Assembly (NCBI GenBank): GCA_013265495.1 | Contig: MU059441.1 | Location: 248,001-312,000, forward strand | Origin: Vicugna vicugna | Taxonomy: Eukaryota | Direction: 5' to 3' | Length of the DNA: 64,000 nucleotides | Shown here: piece after piece, positions 48,516 through 60,394 of the stretch | How positions within the stretch are numbered: position 1 is the first letter of the stretch | How the letters are laid out: each line of letters starts with the position of its first letter | Position numbers and translations under genes: made by a program | Notes under the pieces: generated by a model | Databases searched by the model: none | What the model was told of the DNA's origin: nothing | Seen by the model: the letters and a program-made list of their open reading frames with translations, nothing else

Positions 48516-50710
48516 AGTGACGGGAGGTCTTCAGGTCTGGGGTCTGATGTGCAGCGCAGCCCCTCCAGGCGGGGCACGGTCTGGGGAAATGCCATTAAGA
48601 GAAACTGCACGCGGGGGAGCGAGGACACAAGACACCCCTAACAGGCCCAGCTCGCGTGTGACAGGACGAGCTTCCCTCTGCTCGGCAGAAGCCGCCGCCG
48701 TGGACACAGCCCTGGAGGCTTCCAGCGGGGCCACGCCCTGTGCAGAAGGACAGAAGCCCACCTACAGAAGAGCAAAGGGCGAGGCAGCGCTCTACCACCC
48801 CAACCACGAAGCACCCGCAGCAGCTCGAAGACAGGGGCGGCTCCAACGGCGCCGGGGAGGACGGTCTCGAAAGAAAGTCCCATTTCCACTTTCAGAAGGA
48901 CACACACACCTTGTGCGCACACGGAACGCCTCTGGAAGGAGACGCCAAAGCCAGTGATAGGACTCGGAACATTTCACTTGCTTATCTTTTAAAATCGCCT
49001 CGAAAAGTTTATGCCAAAACTCAAAGAGATGTTTACACAAAAACATCAGAAACAAGGGAAGTGTAAGGCCACCAGCTGAGGAGGCCGAGGGGCCTGGGGT
49101 CGTCTTGGAAGAGCCCCCGCCATTCTCTCCAGGAGGAAGGTCCTCATGCAGATCCCTCTGGGATGGGACGCGGGGCTTCGGACATCGGCCAGTTCTCTGC
49201 CCCCGGCTGGGTCTACATTCGGCTCGGCCCTGACACTGCCGCCCGGCCCCACACCGCAGGTCAGGGGCTCAGTCCCACGGGATGCGCCCACTCAGTCGCC
49301 CATCGCACGCCCAGGTTGACACTGCGCTTCTGACAAAGGGGGGTCCTACACCCCTCCTCAGGTCAGTAGTTTGCTAGAACGGCTCTTGGACGCAGGGAAA
49401 CACTTCTGCTGGTTTATTCTAGAATAACCAGGGAGCTGCCAGAGAAGGGGGGTCGGGGGGGCGGGGGCAGCCTAGAAGCCCCGACCCTGCAGGCCAGGGG
49501 TTCTTGAGGCTTCCTCACAAAGGATGATTGATCATTCACTCCACTTCCAGCCCCTCTCCCCTCTCTGGAGGATGGGGTGGGATTGGAAGTTCCAACTTCT
49601 AATCACAGTTTGGTCCTTCCAGTGACCAGCCCCCACCAGGAGCCGTCCAGAGTGGCCTCCTGTCGCCCAGGAAATTCCAACAGATTTAGGAGCCCTGTGT
49701 CAGGAACCCGGGTCAAAGACTGAATCTCAGCAGGAAGGAAGCGGGGCAGAGATGGACACACATGTTTTGTTCCTGCACAGGCCCCTGCAGCCGGAAGGCG
49801 CGGGCCCTCCACCAGGATGCAGCTCGAAGCCCCCAGACCGCAAGTCACCCCCTCCCAGGGCCACCTGTGTCCTGCTGGTCACACCACCAGCCATTAGGGT
49901 GTCACCGGAGCCCTCTGGGCCCTCGCGGCCAAAGGTCGATGTGCTGCCGCCCAGCAGGAAGGTGCCCAAGGGGTGGACACACTGACCTCTGCTCGACCAG
50001 GCCGAGCTGGGCCCCGTGCCCTCCCCTCTGTGGGCGGCGCTGGCTGCAGGCCAGGCGGCCGCAGGAAGGGCAGCGTCTCCATCTGGGTGGCCGCCTGGCC
50101 TCTGGGGGATCCCTCTTCCAGTCTTCCCGCTTGCTTGGATCCCTGCTTTCCCCGAGTGTTCTTGAAATCCCCAAGAAGTCTTTAGTGCACGAAAGTAGGA
50201 GAAAGCTTTTCGCCCCGACTTTTTTCCAGCTGGTCTCCTGAACACTTGTGTGTAATTATTTTCCTCCCTGCTGACCAGGGAGATGGTCAGTGACCCGCCC
50301 GGCGCCAGCTGGCCGTCTTCCTGGCCCATCTCCTACAAGTAGGGACACCTGGCCTGCTCCCCCCAGCACACCTGCCCTCCCTCTGCAGGGCTGCAGCCAC
50401 AGAGCTGCAGACGCAGGAAGATTGGGACTGACTGCTGGGGGCAGCCCCCGGCCTCTACTTCCCGGCTGGGTGACCTTGAGCCCAAGGTCCTTCCCCATCA
50501 GGAAATGGGGGCTGGAGTCCTACACCCCAGGGTGCATTGGGGAGAGAATGAAGGGTTTTGGGCCCCCATCCCACGGTCTCCCCCACTGGGGGCTCGCTGA
50601 GGCCAGGGGTGGGGGGGAGGTGGAGCAGGAGGTGGGGAAGGCCCCCCCAGACTCCCCAGTAGGCACCCAGAGGACAGATGGCCCCGCAGGGATGGGGCCC
50701 AGCCTCTTAC

Positions 50711-50836
50711 TTGCTCCTCTGCAGGGCTGAGGCCAGGGGTTCGGACTGGGGCGTGGGGCACCCCAGGCCAGCGTCCACGGTTCTCTGGGAGGGGCCGCAG
50801 GGGCAGGCCGGAGCACAGTGCCTGGAGGCTGGACAT
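50711..50836 (-). CDS. UROC1: UROC1 exon 1 (MSSLQALCSGLPLRPLPENRGRWPGVPHAPVRTPGLSPAEEQ)
   Basis: ATG at 50836, 126 nt, donor gtaaga; the 20 exons sum to 2031 nt with consistent phases. Confidence 0.97.
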
Positions 50837-52609
50837 GTCAGACTGAGATCAGGGCAAAGCCTACGCTGTGAGGAGGCCACGGAGAGACTCGGCAGTCAAG
50901 GTCCAGTTGGGCGGGGTCCTCTGGCTCCAGGGCCACCTCCTCCAGCCCCTCATTGGGCCCCAGGCCTCCAGAAGGAGCCACGTGTAGGTCAGAGGGTCAC
51001 AGGCCCCCAGGCTGGCCACCTGCAGTGCTGACCTGGGGGGCCGAGTTCTGCGGAGAGGCCGGTTTCACCCCTGTGACGACCGGGTGAGCATCTGTTTGTC
51101 CTGTTAGAGAGGCATCGGCCCCGAGGGCTGTGCTCCAGAGGATACAGCGTAGGGAGCTGGTGGGGTCTCATGTTGGGGTGCACCCTGTGGTCTAGTGGGG
51201 GAGTCACGCCAGGCAGGTGTTGTGGGGCTTGTGTCTTGATGCTGCAGGACCGTGTGAGACTGAACCTGGCACAGAGGTGGTGCCCCTTGGACCCCTCCTC
51301 CCTGCCACCTGGGTGGCAGGTGGGGCAGGAGCCCACCTGCTGGCAGGTGTACCCTCCTTGGCTCCCAGTGAGGTGCACACCCCCGCCCCTTCCCAAAGCT
51401 CTGTGTGGAGGGTCTGCCTGGAGGGGGCTCTCCCCCAACCCCAGTGACAGCCCTGCAGGAAGGGCTGGCCCATTGACCCCCACAGGGATGGGGCAGCTGG
51501 GACCCAGGTGCCACGTGCACAGCCAGGAAGCGGCCCTGGGGAGGCGACACATCTGGGTGTGAAGCCAGCTCAGCTGCCGGCCAGCCCCGTGGCCTTGGGC
51601 CCTGTCCCAAATCACACAAGCAGGTGCGGGAGGCATAGGTTGGGGAGATAAGCACCCTCTGCTTGGAAAGGCGCGTGAGCGGGACAGCCGCCCCCACCTA
51701 GTGTTTGCTCCTCAGAGCACAGACGTCACTGGCCCAGTTTACAGGTCTGGAAACAAGGCAAGGGAGGCCGGGGGCTCGTCCAAGGCCACAGCTAGTTCCG
51801 GTGGAGCTGGGATTTGGACCCTTGGCGCCCAGTCTGGCCCCCACTGGCGCAGTGTGGTACTGCTACTGCGTCCACGCAGCGGGGAGGTGGCCTAGGGCGG
51901 GGGGCGGCAGAGACGCAGGCAGGCGAGCTCTCACAGCGTTGGTCACTGGCAGCTGGGCAGCGACCCGGCCAGGCGCCACTGCAGGCTCTGGGGACAGACC
52001 CCAGACTCCGCCCCGCCCAGGCCTGAGCTACACATACCAGGACGCCCTCTGCCCAAGGCTGCTTCTGCTTCCACGATCCAGAGCCTCTTCCGCTCGGAGG
52101 GGGCTGGAAGGCTGGGGAATCCACAGCCCCCTCCCACCTGCCAGGGGCAGCCTGCAGCCAACATCCGTGATGGATAAACGCCCCAGCTCCCTCTCTCCTG
52201 GCAGGGGCGGGTGGGGCGGTAACTCCGCCGGCCCCAGCAGGACTGGGCTGAGCGGCCCCCAGGGCGTCCCCACTTCACTCCCTGCTCCCCCAACACACAG
52301 CCCTCGACAGACTGGCTGTGCCAACACCTCCCCTTGGGATTTGCTTCTGGGGGAGGCGTCAAGAGGAGCCGGGAGTCTAACAGTTTTTGTGAACTCTCCT
52401 AATTTTTAAATATTTGCAACCAATTAAAAGCATTTTCCTTTGTCCTGAACAGAAGAGTGGATTGTATCCGTGTCAGTGTCCTAGTGGTGACCCTGTGTTA
52501 CAAATGGCAAGACATTGCTTCCAGGGAACAAGGCACTGGGTCTCACCTACTAACTCTTAATAACTGCATGTGAATCTGCAAGGATCCCAACACAAATAGT
52601 CTAATTTTT

Positions 52610-52732
52610 TAAAAATTTTTTTAATGAAGGGAGGTAATTAAATTTATGTATTTAGTAGAGGTACTGGGAATTGAACCCAGGACCTCATGCATGCTAGGCA
52701 TGCACTCTACCACTGAGCTATACCCTCCCCCC
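52610..52732 (-). mobile_element. tRNA-derived SINE resembling camelid Vic-1, with target-site duplication
   Basis: Minus strand GGGGGGAGGGTATAGCTCAGTGGTAGAG...GGGTTCAATTCCCAG (A box and B box), A-rich tail; caaatagtctaattttt repeated at 52593-52609 and 52732-52748. Confidence 0.85.
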
Positions 52733-52804
52733 AAATAGTCTAATTTTTAAACATTGTACGAGCTGTTTAAAGACCTGGGATCTCACAGATGTGAAATACG
52801 GCAG

Positions 52805-52975
52805 ATGGGTAGGTTCAAGCCTGGCTATACTACTCATGAGCTGTGTGTCCTTGGGTAAGTTCCTTAGCCTCTCTGTGCCTCCATGTCCTAGTCTGAAAAA
52901 TGAAAGCAGTAACAGTAGCTACCTCATGGGCTGCGTCTGAGGATTAAACAAGATAACACAAGCAAAGCAAAGGTC
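52805..52975 (+). mobile_element. MIR
   Basis: gctgtgtgtccttgggtaagttccttagcctctctgtgcctc...tacctcatggg...gaggattaaa. Confidence 0.65.
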
Positions 52976-53084
52976 TCAGAACAGCACCTGCACAGAATCA
53001 GCACCAGATAAGACGTTACTTCTCTAATTGTTGCCTCTATCCAAAAAGCAAGGAACGTAGCAACGTACGTAGTCCAGAAAGCAA

Positions 53085-53260
53085 AGAAATGTGTACACTT
53101 GGGCACGGACTATCTGAAGGACACACAGGGACCTGGGGGTGCTGGGGGGACGGAGACCCCTCACTGTGAACCCACACCTTCAGAGCACTAAATGCCGTTG
53201 AAACCACACCCTTCCCAATGAGTAATTTTATGTTACGTGAGTTTCGCCTTAGTTCAAAAG
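53085..53260 (+). mobile_element. Old LINE-1 3' end fragment
   Basis: ctaaatgccgttgaa...aattttatgttacgtgagtttcgcc. Confidence 0.4.
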
Positions 53261-54454
53261 AACTCCGGTGGTTTTGAATTTTGCTCCATGGACAAACGCA
53301 ATAAATAAAACTTTTAAACTAATAAGGAGTAAAAAAGGGGCAGGCAGGCCCTCAGTTTGTGCCTCCCCGGGCCTCAGCCCTCAGGCTCCGGTGCTGGACG
53401 GGGCCTGTCCCACTGGAACCATTGAGAGCCTGCCTGTCTCCCCACCAGTCACTCCAGGGGTACTCCACTCCTGTCCTGGCAGCCAGCACCGCATAGCCCA
53501 GCCCCACCCCTGGGCACCCCCAACCCAGGCCATACTGGATCCCCATCTCTGCCACATCACTGGCGGGCCCATGTGGCCTTCCTGGGCCAGGCAGGACTTC
53601 TGCCCCTTGGGCCATCAACCTAGCCCCAGCTTCCCTCCTTCCCCTCCAACCACCCTGCCCCTGGGTGCCTTCCCTGAGCCACCCTGACCCCTGACCCCTA
53701 CCTTCAAAAGGGAGCCTGGACCCAGAGAACTCGCACCCTGGTCCACACCCTTCACGTCTCCCACAGGCAGCACCAGCCTCCGCCCCGTCCCGCCGAGTCC
53801 CCGACTCCTGGCCACCACTCGAGGTCCATCAGCAACACAGCTGTAGACTTAGAACCGCCCACACCCCAGCCCACGACACACAGGGATGGGGACACCTTGT
53901 CTGCCTCTGACAATCCACTTGGCGGCCCCAGAGCCTCCGGGCGGCCTCCAAGGACTTTCCTGGACCAGACGGGCTGAGATGTTGTCCTCAACTTTGGCCA
54001 CCAGGTGGCAGCACAGGGACCACCAGGGCTGGGACTCTTACAGAGAGGTCGGTCCTAAGGCAGGTGTGGGGACGATTTGGGGCCACCTAAGGTCTGGATA
54101 ACCAGGAATCCCAGTTCTGGGCCCAGAGCAGCAGCGACCCTACCTGTAGGCCGTTCTGGGAGTGAAATGGACACTCCCCAAGGCTGTCTGTACAGGTTGC
54201 CCGCAAAGCCATACACGGAGCTCTGGTTTACCTGTGAGCTGTCTCCCCTCCCCCAGCATCAGCATTTGGAGCCATAGCTTTAATTTTATTTACTTAAAAT
54301 TCTTCTTTAAATAGATCTTTGAAACTTAAATAAATGTAATGGGAAGGAATTTTTGTATAACTGCCTTAACAGAAAGCAGAGTCACTTGCCAGAACAGGCA
54401 GTAACTGTAAAAAATAATCACCAACGTCAAGTTCTCAGATGGCACTCACTCAGC

Positions 54455-54610
54455 ACCAGACGCTGTTCCAAACATCTTCCGTGTCTCATTTAGTTCCCAC
54501 AGCGCGATGAGGTGTGTCCCTCCCCTTACACAGAGAACTGGGGCACAGAGGTTGGGCAACCTTCCTGATCTCACAGTGGGTAGGTGGCACCAGAAGGGCT
54601 GAAATCACCA
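54455..54610 (-). mobile_element. MIR
   Basis: agagaactggggcacagaggttgggcaaccttcctgatctcacag. Confidence 0.5.
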
Positions 54611-54668
54611 GATTCTTCAACTGCAATTAAAAAACGCACACTTTCCGACGTATTCGGTATTGGGTCAA

Positions 54669-54702
54669 GCACGCGCGCACGCGCGCGCACACACGTGCAC
54701 AC
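54669..54702. repeat. 34-bp perfect alternating purine-pyrimidine tract, CG-rich
   Basis: gcacgcgcgcacgcgcgcgcacacacgtgcacac seen directly. Confidence 0.95.
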
Positions 54703-54939
54703 CACCAGCTGTCCCCTTGGGTGCTCTGGGGAGCATGAACTGAGACCCCCCATCACCTTCTGGCGTCTGGCCGGGACCTGCAGTAGCTGGGATCCAGGCA
54801 GGACCTGGAGACCCCCGTGGAAAACAAGGCTACAGGATGGGCCTGGGGGAAGGAATGGGTGCCTTTGGGCCTGATTCTGAGGGCGGGAGGGTCCGGGGGA
54901 GTCATGCACAGGCGGCCGCTGCCCTAAGCCAGCCCCTGG

Positions 54940-56080
54940 ACCCCTGCAGGTAAGGCAGCCGAGAGACAAGGGGGCATAGTGCTCCCCGGACCCGCCCACC
55001 CGCCACCGTGACAAGGCTTCTCGGTCTCCGGTAGAGGACGGCGCCCCTGCGCGAGCGAAAGGGGGCAGAGCCGCGCCCTCCACCCAGCCTCCATCCTTAG
55101 CGCCCTGGACCGCCGCCAGGCTGGCCGCCCCGCTGGATCGGGTCGGGGGAGGCTGGCAGACTGGACGAGCGAGGCCCGCCGACCGGCCCTCGCCCACCTG
55201 CCGACTCAACAGTCGGCCGCCTCGCCCCCGCCACCCCCGAGCCGCGCGAAGGCGGGTGTAGGGGCGGTCCCGGGTCGGGTCCAGGTCGGAGACTAGCCCG
55301 TGGGCGGGCCTGGGCTCGGGGGCGGGCCCGGAGGCGGGCCCCGGGTCCTGCTCCCAGTCTGGGCCCGCCCTGCTGCCCTGACAGACCCCGCGGACTGCTG
55401 CGCACCGGGCAAGCATGGGGAGGCGCTGCTGGAGGCGGCGCGCGCTCGCGGCCGCGTGCCTGGTCGCCGCGCTCCTGCTTCTGAGCGCCCTGCGCCCCGG
55501 TGAGTGACCGCCGGTCCCGGGGCCGCCCACGGGCGGCCGGACCCCCGACGGGCTGGGGGCTCTGCGGGCTCCTCCCGGGCTGGGGACAGGGGTGGGTGAG
55601 CTCAGAAAGGCTCCGGCCGCCCCGCCAGTGTCCCGGCTCCCCGCGAGGGTCTTGCCGCGCCCCCCCGCCCCCCGAGTGTGGGTCTCCCGAGGCCCGGGGA
55701 CGTGAGAGGGGATGATTCTCCAGAAGCCTGCGCCCGGGGACCGGGTGAGTGGCGAGTGGCGGAGGCGCTCCGCCCGCCCTGGAAGGCAGCCTCAATGGCC
55801 GCGCCGTCACCCCACTCCCCCTAGCGCCCGGAAGCCCCCGGGTCCGCGGCCGGCGCGCGGGTGGGAAAACTGGACCCGCCGGCTCCGGGGGCGGCCCCTC
55901 CGCGCACGGGCGCTGCGCCCTGGAGCGCCTGCTCCCAGCAAGGTTCACCCTGGAAAAGACTGCGGTCCTGAGCCCCCACCTCACGGTCTGGGGGAGAAAC
56001 TGAGGCCGCCGGTCGTGCCCGCCACGCAGGGCTTAGACCTCACCCACCGGAGGGGCTGAGGAGCCCGGTCCGAGGCCTGT
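54940..56080 (+). promoter_or_regulatory. CpG island and promoter of CHST13
   Basis: Dense CpG and GC around the first coding exon; boundaries by eye. Confidence 0.8.
55415..55499 (+). CDS. CHST13: CHST13 (carbohydrate sulfotransferase 13) coding exon 1, type II signal-anchor (MGRRCWRRRALAAACLVAALLLLSALRP)
   Basis: aagcATGG Kozak context, basic tail then hydrophobic anchor, donor G/gtgagt at 55500; resembles recalled human [24 protein letters not shown]; synteny with UROC1; no exon 2 found in the window; missed by the ORF track. Confidence 0.9.
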
Positions 56081-56111
56081 TCAGACCTCTAGCTCTGGTT
56101 GCCATTTCCTG

Positions 56112-56152
56112 GTGTGTGTGTGGCTGTGTGTGTGTGCGTGAGTGTGTGTGTG
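56112..56152. repeat. Interrupted (GT)n microsatellite, CHST13 intron 1
   Basis: Seen directly. Confidence 0.9.
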
Positions 56153-59100
56153 CTGCGGGGTCTGCATCTCCTCCCACCCCCTGGGGGCTCTTTGACAATC
56201 CCTGGAGCACACCTCTTTGTGGCCTGGCAGACAGGGTCCAGGAAAAAGTAGCCATTTCCCAGGGTCCGGGCGGCCCCAGAGACGAGGCTGTGGAGGCTGT
56301 TGGCGAGGCAGCACTGCCCCACCTGGCTGGGTCTGAGTTGGTGGATGAGGGTCATTCCACAGCCTTACCTGCTGGGTGCCCTCCCTGCCCTCTCGGGGCC
56401 ACAGGACCCCACCTATAAATGGGCTGCTCAGGATTTCCTGACAGGGCTCTGGGAGGTGGAGTTAATGGGAGCAGTCCCCAGCCTCTTCATGGAGCCGGGG
56501 TGGCGAGGTGCCCCCTCTATGCTGGGGCAAGGGGCTTCCTTCCTTGGGCTAGGGGCCAGGTGAGCCGGGCTTTGGAGTCTCTGCGCAGTCACCCTGCCGC
56601 TCCCACTGTCCCCTCTATGTCTGGACACAGCCGCCCAGACCTGGACATCTCCCCAAGCCCATGGGAGGGGGCCCAGATCAGGCTGTCCATCCTCTGCCCA
56701 TTTGAGAGCTGGCTGGCCATTAGGGGTGGTGCTCCTGGCTCATGGCAGGGGTTAGCTAAGCAGAGGGTCCCCCAGCCCAATGTGGGCTGTGGTCCTAGTG
56801 TCTGTGGTCACGACACTCTGTCCACCCAGCCTTTCAAAGACAAATTTTGACCAGGACCTGGGCACGGCAGGGCATGGTGGTTCCCAGCTCCCAGGGTCCA
56901 GCCCCCAGTGTAGGGAGAGAGCGAACCCAGAGCGTCGGGACCCAGTGTGTGAGGTGGGCGCCGGAAGTGTCTGCAAAGGAGTAGGCAGGTTCAGGGACCG
57001 CGTGAGAGTTGGGTGTCTCCGTGTCTTCCCTGCCTGGACACTCCCTCCTGCCACACCCTCCCCCAGCAGGTTTGGGAGATGGGGAACAAACCAAGGTGAC
57101 ATCATCTGTGCTTCAGTCCTTCTGACCTCCTCCCTCTTCTGCAGGGACTCCCAGTCACCTGCTTAACCTCTACCCAGGCCGTACCCCACCTGAGCTACAC
57201 CTGTGACACCAATATCCTTGGCCATGACCCTCTCACCCAGCAGCCTGGCCTTCCTGTGTCTGGTGTGGCGGACCCTTCTTGAGCCCTCTTTCCACTGCCC
57301 CAGACAGGGACGAGCTGTCTCTCTGCCTCCCAGAGCTCTCTTCTATTCCTTCTGGACCCTCAGACCTTTCTCCATGGACTGCTGCTGGCCACCAGAGCTA
57401 GGAGGGTGACCTCGGACAAGCCAACTTACCCTGCAGGCTCTTCTCCTGCCAAGCCCTGCGCTGGAGCCCCCGACCTCCAGGGCCAGGGAGGCTGTGCACG
57501 GTGGCTCTGCAGGCAGAGTAGACGGTGGGGAGACAACTGGGCAGGAAGCGTGGCCCCTCCGACCAAGGCCTCTGGAAACGCCCCAGTAGGGCCCTTGGCA
57601 GCGTGGCCCGAGTTGGAAGGGGGCGGACAGTGTGGCTCTATGGCCTCTGGCCTGGGAATAGGGCTCCGGGCCCAGGATGGTTGGGAGCCTCCTCGTCCAG
57701 GCAGGCGGGTCTCCAAAGCAGAAGTGGTCCTGCGATGGGCAGGGGACCCCTGAAAGGCTGCCATTCCAGGTTGGGGCTCCGCTGCCCCTCTTCTAGTGGG
57801 AAGTCTGGAGTGGCCCACCTGGTGCCCCTCAGGCCAAAGCTGACTAGCGCGCAGGGTCCTGGGGTCGAGGAGGATGCCAGGGAAGGCGGGACAGCTGCCC
57901 AGGGCACTGCTGCCCTCAGCACCCCGCCATCCCCGTGCCCTCCCATGCTTGGCGTCCCCGGCAGCCTGCCTGGTGGTGTGGCCGCGTCTGTGTGATGCCC
58001 TTCACCACGTGTTCGCCGGCACCTGCTCGTTCCAGCGTCTGTCTGGGCTGGGACAGAGCATGCTGATAGACTGCCCTCCCAGAGCTGCTGCTTTAACATG
58101 AAAAGCCCAGATCTCCAGGGTGCACCTTCTGCTGCCAGAGGCACACCCAGGGAGAGCCATGACATTGCTACCTTGGGTCCCCACCCCTGCTGGTCCGCAG
58201 GGGCCTTGCTGGGTGCTGGAGCTACCCCACCCCCACCCCGCTCTGACCTCCAACCCCTTCCCGGTTCACAGGGCTGAGCACCTTTCCTGCTATTGGAAAT
58301 CAAGGGTGTTTCTCTTAGAGCCAGGCTGGGCCTCTGTCCACTTCCAGGGGACCCTAGGGTTGGGGGAAGGAAGGGAGTATGAGGAGGGAAGTTGGGTAGG
58401 GGGTTTGTTGCCAGGGGGCCCACCCCCCCTTCTGGGCTGGACTGCTGGCCTCCTCTTCCTCCGGGACACACCCCTTCCCTTAGGGCCCCGCTTCCTGTCT
58501 AAGGTCCACGGGCGATGTGTGCTAACTGGGACCTTCACAGCTCTGCCCAGTGGGGCCCCTGACTCCTTCCCAGTCCGGGCCCTGGGACTCATCGCGGGGA
58601 AGGCTCAGAGACAGGGAGCCCCCAGAGGGCATTCGACTCAGACCCAAACGAGCTGCTCTCAGGCATGGATGGACCCAGGGGCTCCAGGTCTAGCTTCTCT
58701 CTGATACTCCCAGCTTCCCAGGCAGAGGGCGGGTCCTTTACCCATGGCTCCAGCCAGGGCCCCAGGGATGGGCTGGTCACGCGTGCTCGCCTCTGAGCCA
58801 ACTGCTGTGGCAGAAAGGGACGTGAGGCTCCGATTGGCCAGGCCTGGCCACATGTCTGCCCACCAGCTGTGGGAAGGGGGCACCTATCAGAAGTACACGA
58901 AGGGAGCAAGCAGGTTTGCTCCTGCAGGGACATCGGATGTGCTGCCAAACGGAGGGAGGAGGCTCTGGAAGCCCGGGCAAGAGAAGCAGCGTGCTGCCAC
59001 CGCTCTCCTGCGCGCCAGAGGGCGCCCAGCTCTGCGGCTCCTCCTTGGCCTCCAGAGAGTAAAGGCCGCATGATGGAAGAAGGCTCTCGGGTCAGTAGAA

Positions 59101-59559
59101 GGAAGTGGCTCGCTCAAGGCCACCCGCTAGGAGTGTGGGTGCTAGGACTCAAGTCCCTTGCGCCTTCTGCTCCACAGGCCAGGGGTACTGGGGTTGGGCT
59201 TTGAAGGCTGCCCAGGAGCCTACGAGGTGGGGAGGGAGGAAAGGGACTCACAGGCACAGGGAGTGGCACAGAGGAGTGTGGAGGAGCGAAGGGGCCTGAG
59301 GGGTGTGTGTGGGCGGAGCTCAGGGCTCATGAGAGGGATGGCCACGTGGGGGCTGGCAAGGTGCTATAGGTTGGGCCCCAGCATAAGCGGCCTTGAATGG
59401 CCTGCGAGGAATTGGGGTGCTGTCCCTATGGCCAGGAAGGGCCATCAGTCCTTAACTAAATGGTCACAGGAGGTGAGGCACAGGGGTTGTAAGAAAAGAA
59501 GACAGCCCCCTCCTTACAGAGCTGACTTTCCAGAGGGACAGCCAGATGTCGGCCCACAC

Positions 59560-59850
59560 ACACACCAGATGATGCCAGCAGTAACGAGGGCCGTGAGTGG
59601 AGACCCTTCACTGGAGAGGCCCTCTTTCTGGAGGGACGTTTGAGTTGAGAGCCGGACAATGAGGAGCATCCCAGGCAGACGGAGTCAGTGCAAAGGCCCG
59701 GAGGTGCAGGCACCCACGTGTTCACCCACTCGGGGAGGCCAGTGTGGCTGGAGCTGCGTGAGGGAGCAGGGAAGTGGTGGCGAGCCGGGAGGGGCCCTGG
59801 AAGGAACTGGGATTGCTGTTAGCCTGTGGCAAGCCACGTGGGTTTAAGGT
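59560..59850 (-). mobile_element. L2 fragment
   Basis: gagcatcccaggcagacggagtcagtgcaaaggcccggagg...gaggccagtgtggctggag. Confidence 0.5.
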
Positions 59851-60394
59851 TGCCAGGAAGCTGGTGAGGAGACTCCTGTGGTGGTCCTGGGCGGGGTGGA
59901 CACTGCTGCCCAGTCAGGGCCCCATTCCAGTGGGTCGTGGGGATCGCGAACAGAGTCTGAATTTTAAACACAGGTGGAGAGATCTCTACTTCTCTCAAAA
60001 AAGAGAAGAAGAAAAGGTGGGATTGCTCTGCTGGATCACCAGAGGGGGCATCCCTGCCCCGGGGCCCGCAGGTCATCCTGGGGACTGAACGGGCCGGGCA
60101 GCGCTGCTCCTGCCGTGCGGTCTTGCGACATGCGCCTGGCTGGAACTCATTAACCAGAGACCGTGTTGTGACCTCTGCCTCCTGGACAGGGCCCCACACA
60201 GGGCTCCCCCAGCGGTCCTTGGGGGCAGGTGTGCCTGGACCACCAGCTGGGCTTCTCTGCTCTCGGCTTCCCTGTGCGGTGCGTCACCCAGCAGCCTGGG
60301 TGCCAAGGACGGGCAGGGTCGTGTGCAGGGCAGAGCGCGGCTTAGGGGCACAGTGGAGTTAAGGACACACTCACGCGCACCAGGGCCTGGGGGC

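Noticed and set aside
52660-52730. tRNA-like sequence
   Set aside because: It is the head of a SINE with tail and TSD; no acceptor stem or full cloverleaf
54571-55984. 319-aa and 295-aa minus-strand ORFs
   Set aside because: Stop-codon scarcity in the CHST13 CpG island; low-complexity translations
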